DNA of 64,000 bases from the human T2T-CHM13v2.0 reference genome, Homo sapiens, in the NCBI RefSeq assembly GCF_009914755.1, contig NC_060930.1, one strand, 5' to 3'. The notes beneath the pieces are model-generated. The model saw only the letters and a list, made by a program, of their open reading frames with translations. It made no database searches and was not told the origin of the DNA. The stretch's first letter is position 1. Each line of letters opens with the position of its first letter. Shown piece after piece: positions 37,400-63,062 of the stretch. Both the position numbers and the translations under genes were made by a program.

Positions 37400-38524
<1,125 letters not shown>

Positions 38525-40910
38525 TAAATTTAGCTGTTCTCCTATAGCCCAGTCCTACTCAGTGCTCTGCAGAAGATTCTGAGGAGTTGAGAATCTTAAA
38601 ATGGCAGAGGCAGAAAAGACCTTAGAGACCAAGCTGTCCAACCCTCTCATCCTACAGATGAGGTTCTGAGCCCAGAACCTCATCTGAGCCCAGAACCTCA
38701 TCTGTAAGGGGAAGTGACTTGCCCAGGAGCACACAGTTGCCAGTCCTGATTCCCAGGCCATCACATCAGTTTTTGCAGCTGTGAGAGAGAGAAAGAAGGA
38801 AGCTTCCATTGTTGGCCATGTGGGAATAGGACTCAACCCTAGCACAAAGTAGTGACACCAGTCAAGCACATTCTAGATGCCTTCATCTCCCACCTCTGGG
38901 CTTTTGTTCTTTTTAAGAGTGCCCAGAACTCTGTCCTCATTCTCTCTCTCCCACTCCAAACTGCTCTCAGATTCTAAGGTCTCTTGCTGATTTTGGAGTG
39001 TTACTATTATGCAGGGTATGACCTTGCCTATAGAAACTTTCATCTAAATTCCCCTCTTTCATTGTGGAGTGAAAGTCTTTTTTCCTTGATCATGGGATTT
39101 TATACTTAAGGCAGCAAATGGAGTGATATTTTGTGAGGTAGAGGAAGCTATTTAGGGTCCTTTTGTTGTTGTTGTTGTTTGTTTGTTTTTTGAGACAGAG
39201 TCTCACTCTTTGGCTCAGGCTGGAGTGCAGTGGCATGATCTCAGCTGACTGCAGCCTCAACCTCCTTGGACTTAGGTGATCCTCTCACATCAGCCTCCCA
39301 AGTAGCTGGGACTCCAGGTGCGCACCACCATGTCTAGCTAATTTTTTTTGTATTTTTTGTAGAGACGGGGTTTTGTCATGTTGCCCAGGCAGGTCTTGAA
39401 CTGCTGGGCTCAAGTGATTTGCCTGCCTCAGTCTCCCAAAGTGTTGGGATTTCAGATGTGATCCACAGCACCTGGCCTAGGGTCCTTTAAAACAATGTGG
39501 GGGCTGGGCACAGCGGCTCACACCTGTAATCCCAGCACTTTGGGAGAGAGCATCACTTGAGCTCAGGAGTTTGAGACTAGACTGGGCAAGATGGAAAGAC
39601 CCTGTCTCTAAAAATAATAATAATAATAATAAATAAAATAAAACAAATAAAACTGTGGGGTAGGCAGCTACTTGTGCCTTGAGGCAAAACCTCCCTGGTC
39701 CTTTTTCCTGCTTCTAGCTCAGGAAGGCTTCTTGGTCCTTGTGCCAAGTGGTCTTGCTCTTCTCTGTAGCCCAGGAAGAGGGTTAAGACCTTGTGCTGCA
39801 GCCTCTGGTACCTTGGTCCCTGCACACCTCAGGGGCCACAAACTGTCCATGTCGGTGAGATGTCCAGGAGTAGTGCCGGGGACTGGAAACTAGAGTGAAA
39901 CCATCTCATTGGTCAGAATGAGAAGTGCTGTCATCTTTAAGAGGGAGACTGAAACAGGCATCTGAATCCCAGACCACCAAACATGCAGATTCAAGACTGC
40001 AGAGTTGGAGGGGACCCCAGAGAGCTATATCCACCCCCCAACTATAGATGAGGAATCTGCTGCTGAGAGAAAGGACCAGACTTGGCCAAGGCTGTAGCAG
40101 ATCAGCAGGCACCTGAGGACCAGGAAGAATTAAGCGGGCAACTGAGGACCAAGGAACTAGATGTATTCCTAAGATGTTTTTACTGAGCCACATATTTACA
40201 TAAGTATAATGATCTATGAAATATCTTTACATATAATATCTGGAGGAGCCCCAGCACAACCCATTGAGGTGGGTATTTATCTATTTTACAAAGAAGGCCC
40301 CTAGTGGGTAACTTGTCTTTGAGCATACAAGTAGGAAGGCATGCACCTTTGATTCCAAATCTTGCACCCAGGCTACTCACATGGCTTCAGAGTTCCCAGC
40401 AAATCCCCTTGCCACCTCCCTGTTCTCTGTAGTCTCTCTGTATGATAAGAGAGAGGCCGGGGCAGGGGTGGGCAGTGGGGAGCAAGGTAGGTGGTGGCCA
40501 TGTCAAGAATGATGGTGGGGGCAGGCACAGCGGCTCATGCCTGTAGTCCTAGCACTTTGGGAGGCCAAGGAGAGGGGATTGCTTGAGGCCAGAAGTTCAA
40601 GACTTCAAGACCAGCCTGGACAACATAGTGAGACCCTATCTCTATTTTATATATATATATATATAAATTAAAAATAATCATAATAAATAATATATATAAA
40701 TAAAAATAATAATAAGGCCAGCTGCAGTGGCTCAGGCCTGTAATCCCAGCACTTTGGGAGGGCGAGGTGGGCAGATTGCTTGAGCTCAGGAGTTCGAGAC
40801 CAGCCTGAGCAACATGGCGAAACTGTGTCTCTACAAAAAATACAAAAATTAGCTGGGTTAATAAAAATATTGAGTATATATATATATATTCTTTACTATA
40901 TATTCATTTT

Positions 40911-40914
<4 letters not shown>

Positions 40915-40958
<44 letters not shown>
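40915..40958. repeat. (AT)n microsatellite in an AT-rich tract
   Basis: Read directly from the sequence. Confidence 0.9.
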
Positions 40959-40961
<3 letters not shown>

Positions 40962-41585
40962 CAAAGGGAAAATGAAGATTTAGTAGTTTTATGCCAAAGA
41001 GGAGTGAAATAGACCCTAATATGCTTGCCAGCTCTTCTTCCCTATCAGGGTTATGGGATGCTGGAGACACAACCATCTCTCTCATTCTCAGGGCTGTCTG
41101 CAAACCCCCCTTCCCTGAAACATCCCCCAACAGGTGCCATGTGTGAGCAGGCAGTGCCAGGAGGGGGAGGGGTTGACAGGCCATCTGAGTCAGACACTAT
41201 CTGGGTAGAAAAGCTGGAGACACTGATAGCAGAGGTGGCCAGGTGCCATCTCATGCAACATTTATGTTAGGGAAGGCAAGACTGGTGTCATGTTCCATTC
41301 TGCTGTGCTGCGGAAGGGGAAATGAGCCGAAGGGAGAGATGCAGAGTGGGCGGGTCCCATATCCAGCAGCTGGGAGATACATCTATTCATTAGTACCCTT
41401 GCCAAGAAGCCTGGGAACAGGGAGGGGGCAGGGGCAAGGAGGACTGATGCTTGGGCGATGTGGGGCTGCAGCTTAACAAGATTAATTGGGCTTCTGGGTG
41501 CCAGGTGTAGGCTGGGAGTTGTCCCAGCTCCTAGAAACACAGGTAGACCAAACTGCTTGTCTTCTCTGAGTCTTGGTAACCTCAT

Positions 41586-42660
<1,075 letters not shown>

Positions 42661-42857
42661 CCCCATCTGTAGAACATAGCAGCAGTACCCACTTCAGGGG
42701 GGTTCTGTGAAGATGGGATAATAGAATGCATGTAAAACACCTTGCACATGGTAAGTGCTCAGTACCTGTGAAAAACACAAAAAACAGGCTGGGCATGGTG
42801 GCTCAAGCCTGTAATCCCAGCATTTTGGGAGGCCGAGGTGGGTGGATCATGATGTCA

Positions 42858-43228
<371 letters not shown>

Positions 43229-45296
43229 TCAGTGAGCATGAGAAGTGATGCCGTAGTAACAAACCACTCCCAAATCTTGGTGGCTTAGAACAACGGTTTA
43301 TGTATTTCTTGCTTATGGTCCGTGCCAACCGGGGATCGGTGGGGGCTCCGCTCTCACTGTTGTCTCCTGGGACCCTCGCTAGTGGCATCAGTCACCATCA
43401 GCTGTCCTCGCATCAGAGGGAAGGGAACTCTGGGAGGTCTCCCACTGCAGCTAAGTGCTGTGGCCCGGAAATACACACATCTCTGCTCACATGTCATTGG
43501 CCAGAGGAAGGCAGATGGCCTCACTTAACCTCAAGAGAGCGGAGCAAGGAAGTACAACCTTGCCTTGCACCTGGAATATTCGTGAGCAGCTCTAATGGCA
43601 TCCATGTCACTGAGGTGGCTTCTGTCTGACTCCAATGTCAATAATAATAGCAGTGACTAACATTAATTGGCCACTTTCCATGTACAAGACATCATAGTAA
43701 GCGTTTTCTGTAAATGATCACACTTAATCCTCACAGTGCTGCTATGAGTCAGATACTTTACAGACAACAGGACGGAAGTCAGAGAGGGTAAGTAACCTGG
43801 CCTGAGAACACTGTGCTGGCTTCTGCTTAGAGCCTTGAGATGCCACAACTGGGGCTGACACCCACTGTCCCCAGAACCGTGGGTGGATGGGTAGAGTGCT
43901 CGCAGGGGACTGTGGCACCAACACCCTGTTTCCAGGTCAGAGGCCCTGGGCTTTTTTCCGGAGCCCCCACAGGAAGATGGTGCAGGAGGGGAGGGGCCAC
44001 GGGAGGAAGTGATGGAGAGAATGCAAAGCCTGGAAGGGCAGCTCCTTCCCACCTTCACCTCTGCCCATGAAGCCAGGGGCCCTGCCAGGCACTGGAGGGC
44101 TGGACTCACATCAAGTCGGGGAAGGGCTGGCTACGTAGGTTTCACCACGGAGCTGTGGATGGCTCCCTCTCCTCCACCGTGGGTATCTTCCTGAACACTT
44201 AGTTTTCACTGAACACGTAGGAAGTCTGAAATGTCACCGCTAATTACATTCAGCCCCTGGGAGAGATGTCATGTTCTGGGGGTGGAGGGAATAAACTTTG
44301 AAGTCAGGAAAGTCAGGAATGGAGAACTCAGGCCTTGGCCCTGTCATAGCTGGATGACTGGATGGCTGGTAAGTCACTTGGTTTCTTTGAGCCCTCAGTT
44401 TTCTAATCTGTAAAATGAGGATATTAATAGCCAGCCCACTTCACAGAAAGGTGATCACAGTCAAGATGGTACATGAAGTATTTTGTGATCTATAAAGAAC
44501 TATCTAAATAAGCTTCTCCTAAAAAAGATCAAAGGAAGCGTGATACATTTAGGTGGGGAGGTGGGACCCTGATTTTTCCATTTACTGTGCATTTGTTTGA
44601 CCTCCTGACCTTCTTTGTAGAACAAGCTGGAAGCAGGGAAGGTAACTTTAGGCCTGAAGAGGTGCTTTTCTGAGGGTCTCCTGAGTAGGGTACAACCTTG
44701 GGACTAGAGAGCCTCCAGACCTGTGGGAAAGTGGCACAGATAAGGGGAGCACCCCCTGCCCGTGGGGCAGCTGTGCCTGGGGCTGGCTGCCCCAGTTGCA
44801 TCCTGGATTATGTCACCTGTCTCTGCTTCACCCCAGCAAAGCTAAGGTGAGGGGATGGTTTGATGGAAAGGGATGGAAGAAGTGGGGGGAAAGTGGGGGC
44901 AACAGAATTTTTAGCTGTAAATAATAAGTCAAGTAAGGCACAGGGTGTGATAATAACTCTCACAGTCAACTCTTATGGAGTGCCAAGTCTGTGCCAGGCA
45001 CTGTTCTACACTCTTTTCCAGTATTAACTCATTTGAACCTTGCTGTAACCACAACAGGAAGGTTAGGGTTATTATTATGTCCATTTTGTAGATGAGGAAA
45101 CTGAGGCAAACAAAGCTTAAGTATGGCTGGGCACGGTGGCTCACGCCTGTAATCCCAGCACTTTGGGAGGCCAAGGCCGGCGGATCACTTGAACCCAGGA
45201 GTTCAAGACCAACCTGGCCAACGTGGCAAAACCCCGTCTCTATGAAAAATACAAAAATTAGCCGGGCATGGTGGTACATGCCTGTAATCCCAGCTA

Positions 45297-45404
<108 letters not shown>

Positions 45405-46123
45405 TCAAAAAAAAAGAAAAGAAAGCTTAAGTTGCTTGCTCTGAGTCACATAGCTAGGTAGCAGAGAACTGGGTTTGAAATCCAGGCAGCCTAGTCTAGT
45501 GTTTCCCAGCTTTTCCTACTGAGAAAATCACCTGGAAGAGTGCTTTTGAAAACAGGGATTATTGAACCCAACCATGACCTAGGAACTAGCATTTTTTTTT
45601 TTTTTTTTTTTTTTGAGATGGAGTCTTGGTCTGTTGCCCAGGCTGGAGTGCAGGGGCGCCATCTCGGCTCACTGTAGCTCCGCCTCCCAGGTTCACACCA
45701 TTCTCCTGCCTCAGCCTCCCGAGTAGCTGGGACTACAGGCGCCCACCATCATGCCCGGCTAATTTTTGTATTTTTAGGAGAGACGGGGTTTCACCGTGTT
45801 AGCCAGGATGGTCTCGATCTCCTGACTTTGTAATCCGTCCACCTCGACCTCCCAAAGTCCTGGGATTACAGGCGTGAGCCACCGCACCCGGCCTCCAGGG
45901 GATTCTTAAATTTAGGGACGTGTAGCAACTGGACTATGCTGTACTGGGTAAGAGTGAGGAGGAAACCTGTTTGCTTGAATGGAAGGCTTTTGAAGGAAGC
46001 AGCCAGGGACAGTCTGGAAAGCCTTCCTGTATACATTAAATCTAAGATACCTGAGTTGTAGGACACACTGTTATTCTATGTACCATAAAAACAAAATATA
46101 CTGATAATCTGGCCATGGCCTGA

Positions 46124-46384
<261 letters not shown>

Positions 46385-46844
46385 TGATCTGCCCGCCTCG
46401 ACCTCCCAAAGTGCTGGGATTACAGGTGTGAGCCACCACCCCCAGGCTAGACACTTTCTTATTGAGCTTATTTCACAGATGTTGTAAGTACGAAGAAATG
46501 TACATCTCAGCAGTGATGAGTTCTTTGGGCTGGGACTAGATACCGGAGGGCTTTGAAGCCAGGGTAGGTGGTGCCTGGTTGAGTCCAAGGTGAGGAGAAT
46601 GGCTGAAGGCCTGGGAGGACCACCTGGTGTGGTGGCAGAGCCGGCCTGGGCTTAGGAGCTCAGCTCTGCCTCCGCCCCAACTACTGGGTCTCGGGGGCCA
46701 GTTGCTTTAACTCTCAGAGCCTCAGTTTTCTCACCTGTGTTCTGCAAGAAGGATGGTAGAGGCTGCCTCTCATGCCTCCTGAGGCTGTTAACAGAAGGAG
46801 AAGGGAGGTGACAACATAACAGCAGTGCAAGGTGTGGGAGGTAG

Positions 46845-47252
<408 letters not shown>

Positions 47253-48319
47253 TAATCAGACACACCCCTTGTCCTCCCTGAAATCAAAGGCCAGTGGAGG
47301 GTTGCAAGCTAGCAGGTGATAAGGCGATCTGTGATAAAGGAATGTCCCCCTCACCCCTCTACACTCTCAGAGGCTATAGGGGAGAGAGCTGCAATCCAGC
47401 CTTGGGGGCTAAGTGTGGTCTCCCCTAGAAGGAGGCACTGAGGCGGGGTCTCGAAGTAATATTCCTGGAAGTTTGTTGGTGGAGATGGGGAACAACAGCA
47501 GATGAGTTGCTGGGGAGGGAGTGCGACCTTGAGAACAGGCCAATGAGGGTGCAGAAGTGACAGCTCCTGCAGTGCAGCTGGTGGGAGCCCGAGATCCCTG
47601 GAGGAACAGCAGCCTTGGGATTCTCGTAATGTTCGTCCTGTTTCAATTCCCTCCCATCCAAATCCTACCTGTCAGTCATAAAAGTCAGCTGTAGCTGATC
47701 CTTGAGGCCCAAGCACATCCTCCAGGAAGCCCTCCCTGATTGCTTCCCATTACTCCCTTCTTCCTAGGGTGCCTTTTGCTTCTGTTTCTCATTGGGCTCT
47801 TCCCCTGCCTGTCTTGGGCTAATTTTTCAGAGCATAAATTTCTTCCCCAAGTCAAGGGCAAGGCCTGTCTTGCACCCCTGTGAATCCCCAAATGCCTGAT
47901 CTCAGCAGGTGGCCATCACTGGGGACCTGTTACACCTCAGAAACCTCTCCAGTCTCTTTTCCCCATAGCTGTCTTCACATTAGCCCTTGGATTAGAAGCA
48001 GCAGCCAAACTCCTCTGTGCACTATAACCAAGGACTCTTCCCACATGAGGAACTTGAAGCCCAAAAGGGAAAGTCACTCAGAAGTTCCCAGAAAGGCAGT
48101 GGCAAAGAAGCCCAGAACTCAGGTCCTCTCTGGCCAAGCCCGGGGCCCACTGCTCCATAAGGAAGTGATAGGAAACATTTCATCCTTCTTTGGGGGTGAG
48201 AGAAGGATAACCACCTGTTATGTGGTTAAAGATGAAAACAGGCCGGGCACGGTGGCTCATGCCTATAATCCCAGAACTTTGGGAGGCCGAGGTGGGTGGA
48301 TCATGAGGTCAAGAGATCA

Positions 48320-48813
<494 letters not shown>

Positions 48814-48943
48814 TCAGGGAAAGGCCTAGATCCCGGATCCCTTGAGGATTCTATAAAGGGAAGAAAAAATGAACTAGTAGGGCTGGGTGCAGAGGCTTAT
48901 GCCTGTAACCCCAGCGCTCTGGGAGGCCAAGGCAGGCAGATCA

Positions 48944-50992
<2,049 letters not shown>

Positions 50993-51101
50993 TAATTAAA
51001 AAAAAAAGGAAGTGCTGAGGATCTCATAGCATATATAAAGCACTAACAATGCCTGCACATTGCAAGTGATTAATAAATTAGTTCTCCCTTTTTTTTTTTG
51101 A

Positions 51102-51502
<401 letters not shown>

Positions 51503-51763
51503 TAATGTGCTTCAGCTGCCTAACAATGCCTTTAGGCACTGGAAGTACAGTGGTTAAGGGAAATCTAAGTTGGAGCTTATGGTCTGGTAAGGGAGACAAT
51601 CATGCGATACAGTTACAAGCTGATAAATGATATGAACAAAAAAGTGCAAGCTTTCTTGAGAGTAAGAGGAATCTGATGTAGTTTGGAGATGGAGTAGTGT
51701 GCAGGAAATTATCCTAAAAACGAGACTTGGTAGTAACGTATACTGTTCTCTCCTTCATTACAG

Positions 51764-51774
51764 AGGAGGTGTGA
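51764..51774 (+). CDS. LHFPL5: LHFPL5 exon 3, coding part (EEV*) of a 27-nt micro-exon 51764-51790
   Basis: Pyrimidine tract then tacag|AG GAG GTG TGA, donor gtcg|gtgagt at 51791. Phase matches exon 2. Confidence 0.9.
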
Positions 51775-51962
51775 AGCAGCTGAAGGGTCGGTGAGTAATT
51801 CTATGGGAGGGTGGTCTGCGTGCCCTTAGAAAGGCTGGGGCTCTCTGCTTCCTTACTGAATCCTCAGGCATCAGGACACCAGGGGCTGGGCTGTAAGGCT
51901 GTGATGCTGCTTGGGGAGAGAGGACCAACACCCCACTGGGGCAGGAGCTATTTGGCCTCTGA

Positions 51963-52209
<247 letters not shown>

Positions 52210-52839
52210 TAGCCAGGATGGTCTCCATCTCCTGACCTCAGGTGATCTGCCTGCCCCTGCCTCCCAAAGTGCTGGGATTACAGGTGTGAGCCCACGCGCC
52301 TGGCCTTACTTGTGTCTTGAAAGGCGGAAAAAGATCAGGGAAAGAAGAAATAATTTCAAACACAAATTCATGTTTTATGGAGCCTGGCACACAAGAACAG
52401 ACTGTTTTTAGAAGTCATTATTGTAATTTGGACCCTTATTTTCAGAAAGAATTTTTAAGTGATTTGTAAGAAACATACTAGAAAACCTAATAAAATAGAA
52501 AATAAAAGTCATAGACAGAAAAACAAATATTCAAAAAAGCTATACTAATAGTATTACTGTCTTGAGTATTAAATTTAGCTCTGATTCCTCATAGCCGAGG
52601 CAAAAAGAAAAACAGTAAGTTAACCAGTTTTAATGTCTGGTTTAAAAAGAAGCGCAACATATTCATTTATCTTTTAAGTTTCCAAACATTTGTTAAATGT
52701 GATTTAACAAGAACATTCAGGAATGCATTTAAAAAAGAAAAAGAGGACCGGGCGCGGTGACTCACGCCTGTAATCCCAGCACTTTGGGAGGCTGAGGTGG
52801 GCGGATCACGAGGTCAGGAGATCGAGACCATCCTGGCTA

Positions 52840-53181
<342 letters not shown>

Positions 53182-53774
53182 TTAAGCTGTTTTTATTTTT
53201 GCAAAGTGCCTTCCAATCCTTGACCACATATACTTTAAAAATAATCATACATAAAATTGTCACCTCCACCTCCTGCACTTATTAGAGCATGATTCTCAAA
53301 CTTCAGCGTGCATACAGTCATCTGGGGATCTTGTTAAAATGCAGATTCTGCTGGGTGCAGTGGCTCATGCCTGTAATCCCAGCACTTTGGGAGACTGAGG
53401 CAGGCAGATCACCTGAGGTCAGGAGTTAGAGACCAGCCTGGCCAACATTGGGAAACCCCATCTCTACCAAAAATACAAAAATTAGCTGGGTGTGGTGGCA
53501 TGCACCTGTAATCCCAGCTACTCAGGAGGCTGAGGCAGGAGAATCGCTTGAACCCAGGAGGCGGCGGTTGCCATGAACTGAGATCCCATCACTGGACTCC
53601 AGCCTGGGAGAGAGAGCAAGACTGAGTCTCAAAAAAAAAAAAAAAAATGCAGATTCTGATTCAGTTGGTGGGGTGGGTCTGGGGCCGTAGACCCTGCATT
53701 TCTAATGAGTTTTTGGGTGACAGGCTGCTCAAACAGGAATCACATTTTGCATAAAAAAGCATTAGAGCATAATC

Positions 53775-53777
<3 letters not shown>

Positions 53778-53821
<44 letters not shown>
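53778..53821. repeat. (TG)n microsatellite at an antisense Alu tail
   Basis: Read directly from the sequence. Confidence 0.9.
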
Positions 53822-53822
<1 letters not shown>

Positions 53823-53827
53823 CTTGA

Positions 53828-53986
<159 letters not shown>

Positions 53987-54181
53987 TAGTAGAGACGGGG
54001 TTTCTCCATGTTGGTCATGCTGGTCTCGAACTCCCGACCTCAGGTGATCCTCCCGCCTCAGCCTCCAGAAGTGCTGGGATTACAGGCATGAGCCACCGTG
54101 CTCGGCTCCCTTTTTTATGTTTTTGCAATATTTTTAATTTAGGTTTTTCAAAGCCAGAAACTCCACAGCACTGGTGTACCA

Positions 54182-54218
<37 letters not shown>

Positions 54219-54858
54219 AGACAGGGTCTTGCTCTGTTGCCTAGCCTGGAGTGCAGTGGCACAATCACAGCTCATTGAAGCCTCAACTTCCTGATGCTCA
54301 AGTCATCCTTCCACCTTAGCTTCCTGAATAGCTGGGACTACAGGCACATACCTCCTGCCCAGCTATAATAATTTTGTTTTTTTTGTTTGTTTGTTGAAGA
54401 AACGATGTTTTGTCATGTTGTCCAGGATGTTCTCGAACTCCTGGGTTCAAGTCATCCTCCTGCCTTAGCCTCCCAAAGTGTTGAGATTACAGGCATGAGC
54501 CACTGCGCCTGCCTGGTGTACCATTTTTTAAACCAGACCTTGGTTATTAGACATTTAGGGTTGCTATCATAGATAACAAAACTTTTTGCTTCTGTTGATA
54601 ATATCCCAAGTGGCATTACTGAATCAAAGGGCAACCACACCTCTCTGTTTGCCTTTTTTTTCCTCACACTACATTTTAAAAGACCTAAGTTTTTACTTGA
54701 ATGACAATCAGTACTATCTTACACATGAATGAGGAAATTTGCATGTCTAGGTAGAACTGAAGTCAAAATTTGAGCATACATAGGGAAGTGTTTATTATTT
54801 ATTTTTGATACATAGTTTTTTTGTTTTGTTTTGTTTTTTGTAATTTATTTTGAGATAG

Positions 54859-55041
<183 letters not shown>

Positions 55042-55044
55042 TGA

Positions 55045-56996
<1,952 letters not shown>

Positions 56997-57476
56997 ACTA
57001 AATGGTGAACCTTCAGTTGGCCTCCAAAGGGGAATTCAATTTAGGTAATAGTTCATTGTAGCAAAAGCCAAGACCAAAATCGATTCTTTAGGCTGTCCCC
57101 TCCCTGGGGGGTGGTGCATAAAAACAGGATTTTGTTGATTGTCTGCAGTGAACAATTCTGAGGAAAAGGTGTTTTTTCTGGTCCTTGTCCAGTTAGTTAG
57201 TAAAGAAACTACCTGGGTGTGCTGTTCTCTCATAGGGGAAGTGTGGGTAAAGAGCTGAACAGATGAATCTTGTTGCTTGATCAACCGATCAGTGATACAG
57301 GAACAGTTTTCCTATCTTTGGCTGTCAGCTGTGTGTTTGGCCAATGCACTGTGACAACCTGCTCAGTCACTAGGAATGAGTATCCCAGTGTTGTCACAGT
57401 TAAATTGGTGGTGGGAACTTCCATAATGGGATTTGATCTTGTCACTTGGTCCATGGCAGCTAGTTTATGAGAATGA

Positions 57477-57890
<414 letters not shown>

Positions 57891-58326
57891 TAGCCAGGAT
57901 GGTCTTGATCTCCTGACCTCGTGATCCGCCCACCTCAGCCTCCCAAAGTTCTGGGATTACAGGCGTGAGCCAACACGCCCAGGCTGTATATATGTTTTGA
58001 GTGCAGTGGCGTGAAAACGGCTCACTGAAGCCTCGGCTTCCTCAGCTCAAGCAATCCTCCTGCCTTTAGCTTCCCAAGTAGCCAGGACCACAGGTGTGTA
58101 CCACCACATCCGCCTAATCTTTAATTTTTGTAGACACAGGGTATCATCATGTTGCCCAGCCTGGACATTCATATTTTCTTTTGTTGATAAAATTAATTCA
58201 CAGTCGGCCAGGCACGGTGGCTCACGCCTGTAATCCCAGCACTTTGGGAAGCCAAGGTGGGCAGATCACCTGAGGTTGGGAGTTTGTGACCAGCCTGACC
58301 AACATGGTGAAACCCCGTTTCTACTA

Positions 58327-58485
<159 letters not shown>

Positions 58486-58617
58486 TCAAAAAAAAAAATT
58501 AATTAATTAATTAATTAATTAATTCAGTCAGTATCTACTTTATGCAAGCTTGATGAATGACAAAATTTGACAAATTCTGTAGCTTAGTGACTTTTCTATC
58601 ATTTATCTCATAATTTA

Positions 58618-58956
<339 letters not shown>

Positions 58957-58992
58957 CTATTCTCAAAATATTTCACTGAAATGGCAACTTTA

Positions 58993-59265
<273 letters not shown>

Positions 59266-59655
59266 TCACTCTGGCTTGCCTCTCTCTGCTTTGGGCTGTT
59301 CTGTAGAGTCAGTTATGGTGCTCGAGCTTCACTGACAGCCCTGAGTAGATATGGTCAAAATAGGAAGGGCCAGTCATTTATAGGTGAAATGTGAACCTGA
59401 AGAATATCCTCAGTGCTCATGACCTGACAATCCTGTTACCTACTGCTGCTTAACAAATTACTCCAGAATGCAGTGGCTTAAAACAACATACATATCTCAG
59501 TTTCTGTGGATTAGGAATCCTGACAAGGTTTAGCTAAGTGTTTTTGCCTCAAGGTTTCTCACAAGCTGCAATTGTGTTGGATCCACTTCCAAGCTCAGTG
59601 GTGGTTTGCAGGATTGTTTTTCACAGTTTGTTGGGATGGAGGGTCTCAGTTCTTT

Positions 59656-61273
<1,618 letters not shown>

Positions 61274-61538
61274 TCAGTTCTTTGCTGGCTGTTAGCCTCT
61301 CCTTAGGGTTACTCATATGGCAGCTTGTTTCCCAAAATAAGGGTTTGAAAGGAGAGCAAGGCAGTGTGCATGGGCAGAGAAGCCAGACCATTTGTAACTG
61401 TCTCAGAAGTGATATCCCATTGCTTCTGCCCTATTCTAACAGAAGAAAGTTCAGCCCACACTGAAGGCAAATGGATTATATGAATACCAACAGGTGGGAA
61501 TCACAGGAGCCTTTTTAAAGGTTTTCACAATTACTTAA

Positions 61539-61853
<315 letters not shown>

Positions 61854-62499
61854 TGAGCCACCACACCTGGCTATCAGAATGCTTTATCAGGACAGAGATT
61901 AGATTCTGGTATCCTTATATGTTGATGGATACATGTTTGTTTTGTTGTAAATTAAGTTGATGAAGATGAATGGTTAAGGATTCCAACCCTGAAAACCCAT
62001 CTCACTTTTGTCATCTGTCTTCAAAGGATTTATAATAAGGTCTACTAAATTTATTTTCCAATATCAACCACTCTCTCCTCTATCCTAGTGAATCCAAAGC
62101 AACCAATGCAAACAATCACATCTTAGTGGCACAACTATTAAGAACATAGCTCAAATGGCAGGCAGCTGATGCACTTCAATAAACAGTCTAATTCTGCCAT
62201 TTGGAGGGCAACGCTTGTTATTGTATTAAAATAGGCAAAAAGTAGATCTAAATTAAGGACAACAGGCAGAGATTATTATTTTAAAAAGTGAACTTGGAAG
62301 GATATAAAATCAAATTGAACATCATATGTATTAGAAACTCTCCTCCCTTTAGAAGAAATGGTGCAGCCTGTAAACACAACTACGTACCGAAGTAAACTTG
62401 CTTAATCCTCTGGTTGAATTTTTTTTTTTTTTTTTTTTGAGTCAGAGTCTTGCTCTGTTGCCCAGGCTGGAGTGCAGTGGTGCGATCTCCACTCACTGA

Positions 62500-62790
<291 letters not shown>

Positions 62791-63029
62791 TAAGGACTTA
62801 GTGTGGATTAATATTTTTGCGAGGACTTAAAGATAAATGCATATTACACATGTAGTTTTTATTTTTTTGAGACGAAGTTTTGCTTTTGTTGCCCAGGCTG
62901 GAGTGCAATGGCGCCATCTTGGGTGACCACAACCTCCGCCTCCTGGGTTCAAGTGATTCTCCTGCCTCAGCCTCCTGAGTAGCTGGGATTACAGGCATGT
63001 GCCACCATGCCCAGCTCATTTTTGTGTGT

Positions 63030-63062
<33 letters not shown>

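Noticed and set aside
51740-51763. SRRM4-regulated neural micro-exon signature for LHFPL5 exon 3
   Set aside because: There is no TGC motif in the pyrimidine tract and both splice sites are strong, so the exon is probably constitutive.
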